A stretch of 63,969 nucleotides of DNA, filler included, from Craspedostauros australis (lineage: Eukaryota): the NCBI GenBank assembly GCA_030167865.1. It is 5 parts of 5 records of this genome, joined end to end, with 100 filler letters (N's around TTAATTAATTAA, not from the genome) between each part and the next. Parts side by side here need not be neighbours in the genome. Positions count along the whole stretch, not along the records: positions 1 to 30,320 come from JALAGF010000580.1; 4 more parts are not named here. One strand, 5' to 3'. Positions 1-11,494 of this stretch are shown in pieces. The translations under genes and the position numbers were made by a program. Each line of letters begins with the position of its first letter. The first letter of the stretch is position 1. The notes beneath the pieces are model-generated. The model was not told the DNA's origin. It was given only the letters and a program-made list of their open reading frames with translations, and did no database searches.

Positions 1-928
1 CATCAGCGTCGAGCTTTGTGATGCTGCCTGGTTTTTGTTGGTGATGTGCTTCTGCAGCTTCGGAAATGGTGCTTTGTTTGTGTTTTTGGTGGTGGTGCTG
101 CTGCGGCTGGGAGTATAGGTGGAGGGAATAGTTTGCAAAGAACTCAATGATGTTGGTATGGTTGTTTGCTTTGGCGACATCAACAGCCGTCGCATTCCAT
201 ACGTTTTGAATCGCATAGTTAGCGGCGGATGATTCAACCAGATATTGGACAACACGTAGATGGCCATGTTCACATGCGTCGTGCAGTGGAGTGCCGTTGT
301 ACTTGTCTCGAAGGTTGATGTCGGCGTTGTGTGATTCCACCAGGTATTTGACAATATCCAACTTGCCGTCGGCGCACGCCAAATGGAGTGCAGTGGCGCC
401 GTTGTTGTCTTTCAACTTGATGTTAGCACCTCGTGCTTCCACCAGGCATTGGACTATATGCAGATTGCCGCTGACGCACGCCAAATGGAGCGCAGTCTTG
501 CCACTGTCGTCTTTCACGTTGATGTCAGCGCCGCGTGTTTCCACCAGGTATTTGGCAATATCCAAATTGCCGTTGGCGCACGCATAGTGGAGTGCGGTGG
601 CGCCATCGTTGTCTTTCACGTTGATGTTAGCGCCGCGTGTTTCAACTAGGTATTTGATAATATCCAACTTGCCGGTGGCGCACGCATAATGAAGTGCAGT
701 CCTGCCATAGTCGTCGTTCACGTTGATGTCAGCGCCGCGTGTTTTCACCGTGTATTTGACAATATCCAAATTGCCATAGCCGCACGCCAAATGGAGCGCA
801 GTCTTGCCATCGTTGTGATCGACGCTGAGGACATCAATTTCCAGATTGTGCCAGATCAGCTTTATGAAATCCCCCAGATCTCCGCCAGCAAGAGACTTGT
901 CGAGTTCATCCACCGTGGTTCGATGCAT
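1..928 (-). CDS. Ankyrin-repeat protein (3'-partial; runs off the window start)
   Basis: Manual translation from ATG at 928 gives MHRTTVDELDKSL..., then six 34-aa repeats of the form GxTALHxACxxGxLDIVKYLVETRGAxINVKD (102-bp period, e.g. 509 vs 611) and a capping repeat (NATAVDVAKANNHTNIIEFF). The frame stays open to position 1, which is why the ORF track lacks it. Confidence 0.92.
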   Translation of the reverse strand, partial: MHRTTVDELDKSLAGGDLGDFIKLIWHNLEIDVLSVDHNDGKTALHLACGYGNLDIVKYTVKTRGADINVNDDYGRTALHYACATGKLDIIKYLVETRGANINVKDNDGATALHYACANGNLDIAKYLVETRGADINVKDDSGKTALHLACVSGNLHIVQCLVEARGANIKLKDNNGATALHLACADGKLDIVKYLVESHNADINLRDKYNGTPLHDACEHGHLRVVQYLVESSAANYAIQNVWNATAVDVAKANNHTNIIEFFANYSLHLYSQPQQHHHQKHKQSTISEAAEAHHQQKPGSITKLDAD

Positions 929-3677
929 GGTGGCATAGGTGAATGCGAAAAGTTTCCTGGTCCTTGGTGCTTCTCCGTGATGTGGACAAACGAATATGCC
1001 ATACAGTATCTCCTCACTCTTCGCCAAGGAATACAAGCGAAGGAACCACGGATGTACATGTACATGTGCATGGACGGCGGTGGCGGGTCATGAACGGTTG
1101 CGACTGAGGATGTGTGAGCGTTGAGAAGAATGGAATGCGTCAACCCACACCTTCGTTCGACAAGCAAACGAACCAGATAGGACGAAAGCATGAGAAGGTC
1201 GCTATCACCAACGCAACAGCTCTCAAATTCCCCTTCCCCCTCCGCGTTTGTTACTCAAGATCACTTACCTACTCTCCACTCTATGCGATATCCGGATTGG
1301 AGTTGGCGAGATTGATTTGATTGATTTGTGTCTGAATCGTTTGCGATGCTCGCAGTCCTCGCTTTGCGTTTGGTTTCTGGCGCATCATGGTCGTGCCATG
1401 AAATCAGCGAAGCCATGGTTGGAAATGGTTGCAAGAAAACGCGAGCGTCCTCCCTGCATGATTTGAGCGATGAAGCAGAGAGTACTTGGGTGGATTCATC
1501 TGGCCTGCTCAACTCTTGCGTGTACATTGCTGCACACACATCGTGTCTGGAGAGAGAGCAGCAGCAGCACTCTACGACTCTCGCTCGTACAAGGAACTGT
1601 CCTCCGCTCAAGGAGCCATCCGTGGAGCATCCGCGTGCTTCCATCTCCGCAGCGTGCGGAGGAGCGTGTTCGCAGACAAGTCCGCAACCAACTCCTTGGC
1701 TGTCCAGAATGCTCGGCTCCTTGCTCTCTTTGACCTTGCAGCCTTTGCCTCTGTGACGGACGATGGTCCTTCCAAGCCGTCATTATGCTGATCGTGTCCA
1801 TGCGCGCACAGCGCTTCCACGATCGGAAACCGAAGTTCTGCGGCTTTGTTTGCGTCTGGCGGCGAACGAGACAATTGCGTGCTCCACTCGTGAGGCTTCA
1901 CATCTCGTTCCGTGGACGACTTGCCCTCAGCGACGAACGATCTTTCCGCACGCACACACAGTAATTGTCCGCGCGACGAAGGCTCCGTTTTCACGCTGTA
2001 TTTTGTTTGGCGTCTCTGCGGAGGAGGGATTGTGGTCAACCAACTTGTTGGACCAAAACAATCGTGTCAGCAAGTGCGCTGTTAGGGTTGATCGACAAGA
2101 GAGTGATAGGTTAAAGTTCTCGCGAGAACAGGGTTCGAATGGACCGGAATGACGCATCCAAATCCACACATCCCAGCACAAGTGCACATGTTTGTAGGTA
2201 ATGATTGTCTCGGATACGCTACGAGTCTGCTTTCTCTGCATTTGCTGAGATTGTATCATGGATGATGTGTTACGAATGTATGTGTGCACGGCGTTGTGGC
2301 TGTACTCGTATGTATAATGGGTAGCAGCATGTCCTCCAGCCTCTGTTGGTATTTGTAGATCGTATCCATCGATACGTATGCAGCACGTGTCTAGACTTCC
2401 TGTTCCGTTTGTGACGAGGCGGCAACGCAACAAAACGATTATTTGGATTGATCCAGGAGGAACTTTTTGGCCAATCAACATGCACGAATGGGTGATAATT
2501 CAGGATCCGCAAATTCCTCCGAGTGAATTACTTATCCTGAATGACGAGAAGCACGGAGACAAGCGACTTGAAATTATGGATCGAAGGGTGCGAACTGAGC
2601 TTATCACGCCCTCTTGTTCTTTTGTTTGATCGTGATTCCTCGCTTTCTTGTGAAGGCGACACGGATTCACCCGTGACCGGTATCAGCAACATAAATGGCT
2701 GTCGTTCCTATCAATCCGTCCCAAAATGGTAACAAGCAAGCCTTTGTCTGTTCCGTTTTCTTTCGGAGAAGAAACTGAAGAACAAGCACAAGCATGGCGG
2801 GAGCGAAGACGAAGGAAGCTGGTGATGTGGCTTGTCAGATGGAGTCCCACCACTCCGACTGCACTGGGTTTGTTGGAACCAAGGGCACCGACGGGCATCT
2901 GCTGTTTGAAAGTACGAGCATCCCTCTTGGTACCGACATTGCAGCTCTATCTCCCATCCTCAAGGGGAGGGGAGACCACTCCGACAACTCCACTTGGACG
3001 GCATCGAGAGCGACCGCAAAGACATCATCGAAAGAGTAGGCCAAGTTTGGTGGCGCAACTTCAACGAGTCACTGCGATCGGAACCGACCAGGAATCCTGA
3101 TTTCGAGGGCGCCAATCGTTGTCCGCGTCTCGTCGTGTTTGCGAAAAGCTGCCATTGCGCACGACCTGCAAAACAAGCACGATAGATCGTGGCGCCGATA
3201 GCAACAACTGCGACTGCGGCGAGAGAGAACGAGGCCGCCACACTGCCCACAGACCAACTCATCGCGATCCATCACAATCTTTCCCACCGCAGCATCGGCA
3301 TCGACGATACCGCCAACAACAGTCAGATCGGCACCAAGAAGAACCAGAACGCGAGGAAGGAGCAAACCACGCCGAAGGAACGCCCGCCCTTGGTGTTCTC
3401 GTGATACTTTCGACACAGAGTGTTGCAGGGCAGAGGTGGAAGCAGAAGGGCGAAGTGCGACGCAACAGCAGAATCGTCCTGGTGACAGGTTGGACAGGGA
3501 CACAAAAAACGGAGACGCTGGGCAGACCGAAAGGAATAGATCCATCAACGAGGGAGGAATAGAGCAGTCAACATCACACTACCGGTTTAGTATTGCTATT
3601 GCTCTATCGGAACGACTATACCGTTTTATACTTCTCGCACCTCCACAGAGTGAGTCCATGGACAAAGTGTTTCGGCT

Positions 3678-6600
3678 ATGATGGAAGGACATCAATCCCC
3701 CCATTCTGGTGGCCATCATGACCGTCAAGAGCCACAGCAACAAGGACAACAACAACAAGGACAAGAGCAACAGCCACAACAACAGCAACAACAGCAACAG
3801 TCACAACAACAGGAAGACGACATCAACAACCAAAGCTACAGTCTCAGCCACATCCATAGTCACATCCAAAGTCACAGTCACGGCCATAGTCACAGCTGCA
3901 GCCACAGCCGCCACTCCAATTTCAACTTCAGCTTCAGCAGCGGCCACAACAGCAAGAGCACGCGCCGCACCAGAACACCCCCAACAGGCGCATCATCCAC
4001 CACCGAAGGCTCCGAGATGGACTACTCTAAGGACTCGTTGGAGGGAGAGCTGTCATTGTCGGATCTGGCCGCCATGGATGCCAGCAGCATCATCATGCAC
4101 GGCTCGACGACGCGATACGGCAACGCGAGGAGAGGCAGGAAGGCGCGCAAGGGCAGATTCGGCGGAGAATCCATCTCCATCCTCGAGCTGCAGCAGGAAC
4201 TGCAGAAGGAGGCCGAGGACAACCAGGCGCAGCATCTGCAGCACGGCCTGCATGCTGCTGGTGGCCGATCTCCATCCAGGACGGGCGACGTCGGCACCAA
4301 CAACCGCGCTGGCAACCACGCTGGCAACCACGCTGGCAACCACGCCGCGTTCAACAACAGCGCCATGAACCAGAAGTCCAGTTCCTCCTCCTTCCAATTC
4401 GGCAACGATCCCGAGTTCGAAAAGGAAAATATCGCCCAAGACGAGACGCAGGCCGTGCGCTGGTTCAAGATGGCCATGATCGCTCTATTTGTCATGCTCG
4501 GGGCTTCATCCTCCTTCGTCTTGTACCGGGTTCTGCGGGACTACGAAAACGATCACTACCAAGACACCATCCAGGCGCAGCAGCAAAGTCTATCGCATTC
4601 GATGCAGACCAACCTGCAATCCAAGCTCCGCGCCCTCGAGGCTCTGTCGATACAGACGACGTTGTCGACCGGCCATGATACCACCAACGCGTGGCCGAGC
4701 GTCGTGCTGCCCGATTTCGATGTCCAGGCCGACATCGTGCGGGCGTCGGCGCAGGTCATCAATCTCATGCTGCTGCCGGTCGTGCCCAACGACTCGGATC
4801 GCTCTCTCTACGAGGACTTCACCGTCACGAACGTGCAGCAGTGGTTGCCGCAAGGTTCCATCTCGCCGACCATCTTTCACGGTGAACAAAGGATTCCAAA
4901 TCAATCGTCACGATCCCTGACGCCCATCTGGCAGATGTCGCCGGCGCTGTCGCAATGGGTCAACTACAATCTGAACACCACCACAATGTCCCAAGAAATC
5001 GTGCTGGATCCGCAACTCCACGACGTTGCCAAAGCCGCGACGGTTCAAATCGTCGACGACGTGCTGCAGCAGCAGGATCGATCGGCCGACGGCACGGCTC
5101 GCATGCTGGTGGGGCAGTTGGTGACGCCCATCTTCCAAACCATTCAGCAGCAGAGTCCACGGGTCGTGGTGGGATACTACGTCACATTCTTCGATTGGTC
5201 CACCATGCTGCAGCAGACTGAGGCAGTGCAGGACGAGTTCATCGTCCGGATCCAAAATCCATGTGCGACGATGCAACAGGCGGCAGTGTTTCGCGTGCGC
5301 CAGAACGAGGAAGTCATTTATCTTGGTGCATCCGCCCGTGTGGACGTTGATAATGATGAGACGCTCACGTTTGACCTCACGTCGTGGACGGCACCAGAAG
5401 GTTCGGCGTCGCCGGTTCCGCACATTCCCTTCCGTAACACCAACGGAAACGATGAATGTCCGCACATCATCACCTTGCACCCAACATCATCCACTGAATC
5501 GTCCTACTACACCGACACGCCAACATACGCGGCCGTGGCGCTCGCATTGCTCTTCGTCGTCATCATCATCCTCTTCCTCACGTACGACTGCTGCATCCGC
5601 AAGAGACAACAGAAGATCCTGCAATCCGCCATGGAATCGCGTGCAATCCTATCCTCCATGTTCCCCGCCGCCGTCATGGAACGCATGCTCGAGCAATCGC
5701 GTCGAGCCACGGGACGCATGAAACTATTCTTCTCACCGCGCAAACTGCAGGCCGGCAATAAATCTGCCACCAACACGCTGCAAAATGGACGCAGACTCGA
5801 GAGCTTGGCGGAGCATGAGCCCATCGATGAAGGCGGCAGTATTGACTTGGAGTCCAATCTCGACGAGCGCGAGGACGAGCATTCCAAGACGCAGGACGAG
5901 ACCAACAGCTACGGCTCGCCAAATAACAGCGGGGATATCGAGAGCAAACCCGATGCGACAGAGACTCAGGTTGTGTCCAGCGAACCTGCAACCTCACCAC
6001 GGCCACCGACGGCCCCAAATCGATCACCGCGCCAGCGTGGTTCAACGACGAACCTCATGAACGGCCTGTTCTCCATCTCCAACCACTCTCAAGCAAATCG
6101 ACATTCCTTCCGCAATCTGCGCAATACTAACAACGGCACGAACAGCAATACCAATGCGCTCAATTCGGTCCAACCCATGCTGCACAAACAGAAGGAGCGC
6201 ATTCAGAACTTCTTGACGAATGGGATGGTGCGGCGGAACAACTCCCATACGACGACCACATCAGAGGAGCGACGCAGAAAACCCATTGCCGATCTGTTCC
6301 CCCACGTCACGGTCCTGTTTGCGGACATCAGCGGATTCACGTCCTGGAGCTCGCAACGTGAACCGGAGCAAGTCTTCGTGCTGTTGGAGGCCGTGTATCG
6401 GAACTTTGACAAGATGGCCAAGCGTCGATCGGTGTTCAAGGTCGAGGTACGTGAATTCGGGGCGTGGAATTGAGGGTCATGACTTTGTGACGGTGGATGA
6501 CAGTGCGTGTGGTTGATGTTCGTACTTCCGCGCACGTTGTCTCACATCCCGCCGTGCCATTCATTTGATTTCATTCGTCATTGTGCGCCTGCCCAATGTA

Positions 6601-9188
6601 ATATCCGTTGTACGTCCACTGAAAATCATTTGCCGTGCCCGCCTATTCAGACCATCGGTGACTGCTACGTCGCGGCAACAGGGCTGCCGGTGGAGCAAGA
6701 CGATCACGCCTGGCGCATGGTCAAATTCTCATTGGAATGCCGCGCGAAGCTGACTCAGATCACTCGCGATCTGGAAGTCCAATTGGGCCCGGACACAGGG
6801 GATCTCTGCATGAGGTTCGGTATGCATTCCGGGCCTGTCACCGCTGGCGTGTTGCGCGGAGAACGATCGCGCTTCCAGCTGTTCGGTGACACCGTGAACA
6901 CGGCAAGTCGCATGGAAAGCACCGGGGAACGTCATCGGATTCAAATCTCACAAGCAACAGCCAACGAGCTGATCTTTTTGGGAAAGGGTGCATGGATTCG
7001 AAGAAGGGAAGATCTGGTCAAGGCCAAGGGAAAAGGCACGGTGCAGACGTACTGGGTTGCATCGCGGCCCTTCCAAGCCAAGAACTTGGAGAATCCAAAG
7101 GCCGGCCGGTCTGGCAGCGACAGCAAGGGAGAACACAACAAGGCCGATGCGCAGCAAATCGTAGAGGTCGATATCACGCCTGACAGACATGACGATATTG
7201 GGACTTTTGCTATCACCGCCAATTCCACGAGTGGTGGCAATTGTACTGATGGTGTTCGTGTTGGCGGTATTGGCACCATCGAAGAAAATGACGACAGCGA
7301 TGACCACAGTCTGCAAGCATCAACCACAGCAGAGAATGTTGCTAGTGGCAAGGTGGATGACAAACCCAGTGCCAACACGAATGCTGATGTGAACGATGAA
7401 CGGATGAAGAAGATTCGTTTCGCGATGGAGCATAGCTCGGGTCGAAATTTGGGCCAACGTCAGCACCGCGTGGTCGAAGCCGCTTCCTCTCACACCAGTG
7501 CACAGGAACATGATAACACTGAGGATCACAGCATTTCCATCGCATCGCCAAGCCACAACTCATCGTCATGGAGTCTGAATGAGTATGATGTAGAAATGAG
7601 CGGTGATATGAAGAATTCCGGCATCGATTGGGGCTTGAAGAACGACAGCGCAGATCATCTTTCAGGCGGTCACAGCAGCCATGATCAGGTGACCATGGAT
7701 TCCGGGAACCTCTCGACAACATTCCAGACCACATCGATGACGGGTGGATCACGACAGGATCGTTCCGTTCTGTGGCAGACGGATCTGCTTGCCAAGAGTC
7801 TGAAGTTCGTTCTGTCCAGACGCGTCGTCTCCACCGCCAGCCAGCGTGCGTTCGCGATCGGCGAGGTGCCATCGTTGCTGGAAAAGCCGGTGGATTCCAC
7901 AATACGCGATGAATACGTCACAGCGCTGAAAATGCCTGGCTTCAACCGCCGCGTGTTTGTGGAGCAAACCGATCCGGAGTACGTCGACCTGAGTCCCAAG
8001 GTCATGGAACAGATCCGAGACTACGTCGCCACTATCGCAGAACTGTACCACGACGCCAACCATTATCACAACTTCGACCACGCCAGCCACGTGACCATGT
8101 CCGCTAACAAGTTCTTGAACCGCGTCGTCGTCAACGAATGCCAGCTGGACATGACGGACGCTATGGATCTGCACCATCGAACGGACGGCATCAATTCGGA
8201 TCCGCTCACACAGTTCGCCATCATCTTTTCCGCGCTGATTCACGACGCGGATCACACCGGGGTCCCCAATTACCAAGTTGCCAAGGAAGATCCTGATGTG
8301 GCCGAGCTGTACGGTCATCGCAGCGTGACGGAGCAAAAGTCGATCGACCTGGCATGGGATTTGCTGATGGATGATCGGTACGAAGATTTCCGCACCTGCA
8401 TCTGCCCCACCAGCGTGGAGTTGCGACGTTTCCGCCAGCTCGTGGTGAACTGCGTTTTGGCAACGGATCTGTTCGACCCAAGTTTGCAACGACTGCGAGA
8501 GAGCCGGTGGGAGCAGATGTTCCCGGACACCAATTCGTGGGAAGTGGAATTGAACGGCCATCATCATGGCAACCCCAAGGCAACGATCATCATCGAGCTG
8601 ATCCTGCAGGCCGCGGATGTTTCACACACGATGCAACGTAAGTTCCGTATTGCGTTGGTGATTGTGAGCTGTGGTGGATAAAGTGTTTACGAGTACAGTG
8701 CCATGATTCGCTCACGGTACCAATCTTGCTCTTTGCTGCTTGTCTCCTTATCGTGCCTGCTCGGATTCATCATGCCTCCCACCCCTCACCACCATCACGC
8801 TCCAACAGACTGGCACGTCTACCGCAAATGGAACGAGAAACTGTTTCATGAAATGTACGAGATCTACGCGACGGACCGCATGCACGAGAACACGCCATCC
8901 GATGACAATGCACAAAGCAACAACAAGAGCAACGACCCTGCCACATCGTGGTACGAGAACGAATTGAAGTTCTTCGACGACGTCGTGATCCCCATCGCCC
9001 AGAAGATGGTGCGCTGCGAAGTGTTCGGCAACGCCAGCAACGAATGTCTGAGCTACGCGATCAGCAACCGCGACGAATGGCAGATGCGCGGCAAGCAGAT
9101 CGTGGATGAGATGGTGCAACGGTATCATGATTTTGTTGCAGCAGACGACGGGCGCCAGGATTCGACGGATTCGATCACGATGCAGTGA
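3678..9188 (+). CDS. Receptor-type class III nucleotide (guanylate-type) cyclase fused to a class I cyclic-nucleotide phosphodiesterase; exons 3678-6446, 6651-8637, 8809-9188 (~1711 aa)
   Basis: Two TM helices (~4470-4527, ~5526-5588) flank a CHASE-like extracellular region. Cyclase motifs: VTVLFADISGFT, KVE|TIGDCY (restored by GT-AG intron 6447-6650), RFGMHSGPV, FQLFGDTVNTASRMES. PDE motifs: YHNFDHASHV, IHDADH, LATD, AADVSHTMQ|HWHVYRKWN (restored by intron 8638-8808). Confidence 0.93.
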
Positions 9189-9508
9189 ATGTAAAGCGTA
9201 GACGCAACACGAGAGTACTCATAAGTTCGTTAGGTATGTGCATAATTATGGTACATAGAGAACGATTGCAAGTGAAATTACACGTGCGCAGAGTCCCGCA
9301 TGTCGCCAATGATCCTGTGTCGCTACCTGCTGCGGATGAGATGGTGAACATCAGCGTGCTGAAGACTATGACTTGTGAATTTGTTCCCAATACTATTATT
9401 ATAATGCTTGCGAGCTCTCTGTTGTTGTGCTTCATCTTGCTGCGCTGGTTCGTATTATGCTGCAGCACACCTGTCTCCTCGCAGTGCCTACGTTGATGCA
9501 TTGCCGAT

Positions 9509-10993
9509 TTACTCTTCTTCGTAGTTGACGAGCTGTCCATCGCCTTCACCTTCACCGTTGCCGTCGTCACCATCGTCGTCGACCTGCTTTTTCTTCTTTT
9601 TCTTTTTCTTCTTCTTCTTTGTGGGTTCTTCGTGAGCAACCAGAGCACTGGAAGTCTCGTCACCAGCGGCAGCAGTATCCGTTTCGTTGGCATCGTAGGC
9701 CACCAAGGCAGTGGAAGGAGGTTCCACCTCTTCTTCCGCATCATCCTCATCGGGATTCTTGGCCGGCTTCTTTTTGCGTTTCTTCTTTTTCTTCGCCTTG
9801 GCGGGCGTCTCGGCCTGTTCTTGATACGGCACCATGGAGTCCCCCTGTGGTGGAACGGAGGCCGCGGCATCCGGTGCACCGTCGTCGTTGTCGTTCTGTT
9901 GGAATGGGACCATCTGTCCTGCGTCGTTGGTGTCGTTGTCGTCGTCCTGGGATTCCATGTCGCTGTCGCTACTGTCTTCGTTGCTGTCTTCTTCGTCTTC
10001 GCTACTGTCGTCTTCGTCGTCGTCGCTGGTCTCTTCATCATCATGCCCGACGTTGTTGGCCTCGTAGTCGTAATCACGATTGGCGTAACTCATGTCCTCC
10101 TCTTCGGGATACGCGGAGTTATCTCCAGGCCGCGAATCGTAGTCGTAAGGATTGTAGCTGGGATCGTCGTAGACCGTGCGCGGCGGACCGCGATCGCCGT
10201 ATCCATCATCGTCGATGAACTCGTCGCGCTCGTCCGGATGTTCCTCCTCCACAATGACCTGCTTCCGCGCCTCGCGGCCGCAGTAGCGTTCCCACAGACA
10301 GCAACCCAAACAGAGGCACAGCAAGATGAGGAAGAAGATGATGCAAACGAGAACGTACAAGGCGCGCATATGCGTTTCGGAGTCGTTCCAGAAGTCGCTG
10401 ATCTCGTTCTTCGTGTCGTCGATGTTCTCCTGCGTGTCGGATCGGCCGTTGCTGACGAAGAAGATCATCTCGACGTCGGCGATGCCGGCCAGCTGCTGCG
10501 CTTGGCGCAATTGGACGCGCAGATGGCGACGCTCCTTCCCAAACTGCAAGGCGACCTCGCCGGATCCCGTGACGCGGCCGTCCGTGTTGTAGAAGTTGCG
10601 GCCGAGCTGCGATTCGATGACGCAGAGCTCGGCGCCGTTGGTGCACGTGATGGTGGTGAAGTCGTTGAAGCCGTCGGCGTCGGCACCGTTCTTGACGGCG
10701 TCCTGCACGATCTCGCCGCCCGTCTCCTCCCTCTTGACGAAGCGGAAGCTGTTGATCTTGAGGATGTAGACGTCGTTGTTGATGGCTGCCCTGGAGGGCT
10801 CCAAGCAGATGCGGATGGTGTTGCCATGCACCTTGGTGGGGGAGCTGGACAGCCCCTTGTTGTTGGAGTCGCATTCGTAGGCCGTTGCGTCGTACTCGGA
10901 CGTTTGCAGGTGGCGCACGGCGTCCGCGGTCGCTGATGCGGAGGACGGCAGGATCAGCAGCGCCATCATCAGCACGATCATCAGCATCGTCAT
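9509..10993 (-). CDS. Type I membrane protein: signal peptide, RXL motifs, Cys-containing luminal domain, Cys-rich TM, acidic and poly-Lys cytosolic tail (~494 aa)
   Basis: Inside ORF 9509-11440. Probable start MTMLMIVLMMALLILPSSASA (alternative ATG at 11074), then AVRHLQ and later RRHLR, TM ALYVLVCIIFFLILLCLCLGCCLW, D/E tracts and K-runs. Strong coding-type third-position bias. Confidence 0.82.
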   Translation of the reverse strand: MTMLMIVLMMALLILPSSASATADAVRHLQTSEYDATAYECDSNNKGLSSSPTKVHGNTIRICLEPSRAAINNDVYILKINSFRFVKREETGGEIVQDAVKNGADADGFNDFTTITCTNGAELCVIESQLGRNFYNTDGRVTGSGEVALQFGKERRHLRVQLRQAQQLAGIADVEMIFFVSNGRSDTQENIDDTKNEISDFWNDSETHMRALYVLVCIIFFLILLCLCLGCCLWERYCGREARKQVIVEEEHPDERDEFIDDDGYGDRGPPRTVYDDPSYNPYDYDSRPGDNSAYPEEEDMSYANRDYDYEANNVGHDDEETSDDDEDDSSEDEEDSNEDSSDSDMESQDDDNDTNDAGQMVPFQQNDNDDGAPDAAASVPPQGDSMVPYQEQAETPAKAKKKKKRKKKPAKNPDEDDAEEEVEPPSTALVAYDANETDTAAAGDETSSALVAHEEPTKKKKKKKKKKKQVDDDGDDGNGEGEGDGQLVNYEEE

Positions 10994-11494
10994 CTTTGGC
11001 GCCGTCGCAGTCCTTTCTCGTGTGGGTATAGCTATTCCGTCTATTCGTGCTGCTGGACGTCCACCAGTTCTCATCTTGTGAGGTTGCGCTTGAGTGGTGG
11101 CCAAGAGGGCTCGATGCAAAGGTAAAGGCAAAGGCAACGGCAATGGCAGAGGTGCTGATCGAGAATGCTGGTGTCTTCCACAAGGCTGTTGGAATAGATT
11201 TGTGTTCGAAGAATACTTGGAATGTGTGGGGTCTTCTGCATCTCTTGTGCAGATGATCCACACACACACGACCAACAGGATACCAACACGGACATTGCGA
11301 GAATGGAGGGAAGTGGTTGGCACGTTTTCGCCTTTTCTGGTTGGGCCTTCTTTCGGCGGCGTTTTTGGATTCTTCACGGTCATTTCGCGTTCTGTTTGGT
11401 CTTGCGAATCGAAGCGATGCCATGGGGATGCTACTGACACGAAACTAGAAACAAATCATAGTATATCGTTAGAGTACCAACTTTTCTTGCAATG

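Noticed and set aside
291..1093. Repetitive plus-strand ORFs
   Set aside because: Antisense shadows of the ankyrin gene.
1100..3600. Many short overlapping ORFs
   Set aside because: No recognisable motifs or consistent frame; treated as intergenic/UTR, though a small or decayed gene cannot be excluded.
10994..11440. N-terminal 149 aa of the 643-aa ORF
   Set aside because: Non-ATG start, UTR-like composition, abuts the KLHDC4 3' end; the signal peptide begins at 10993.
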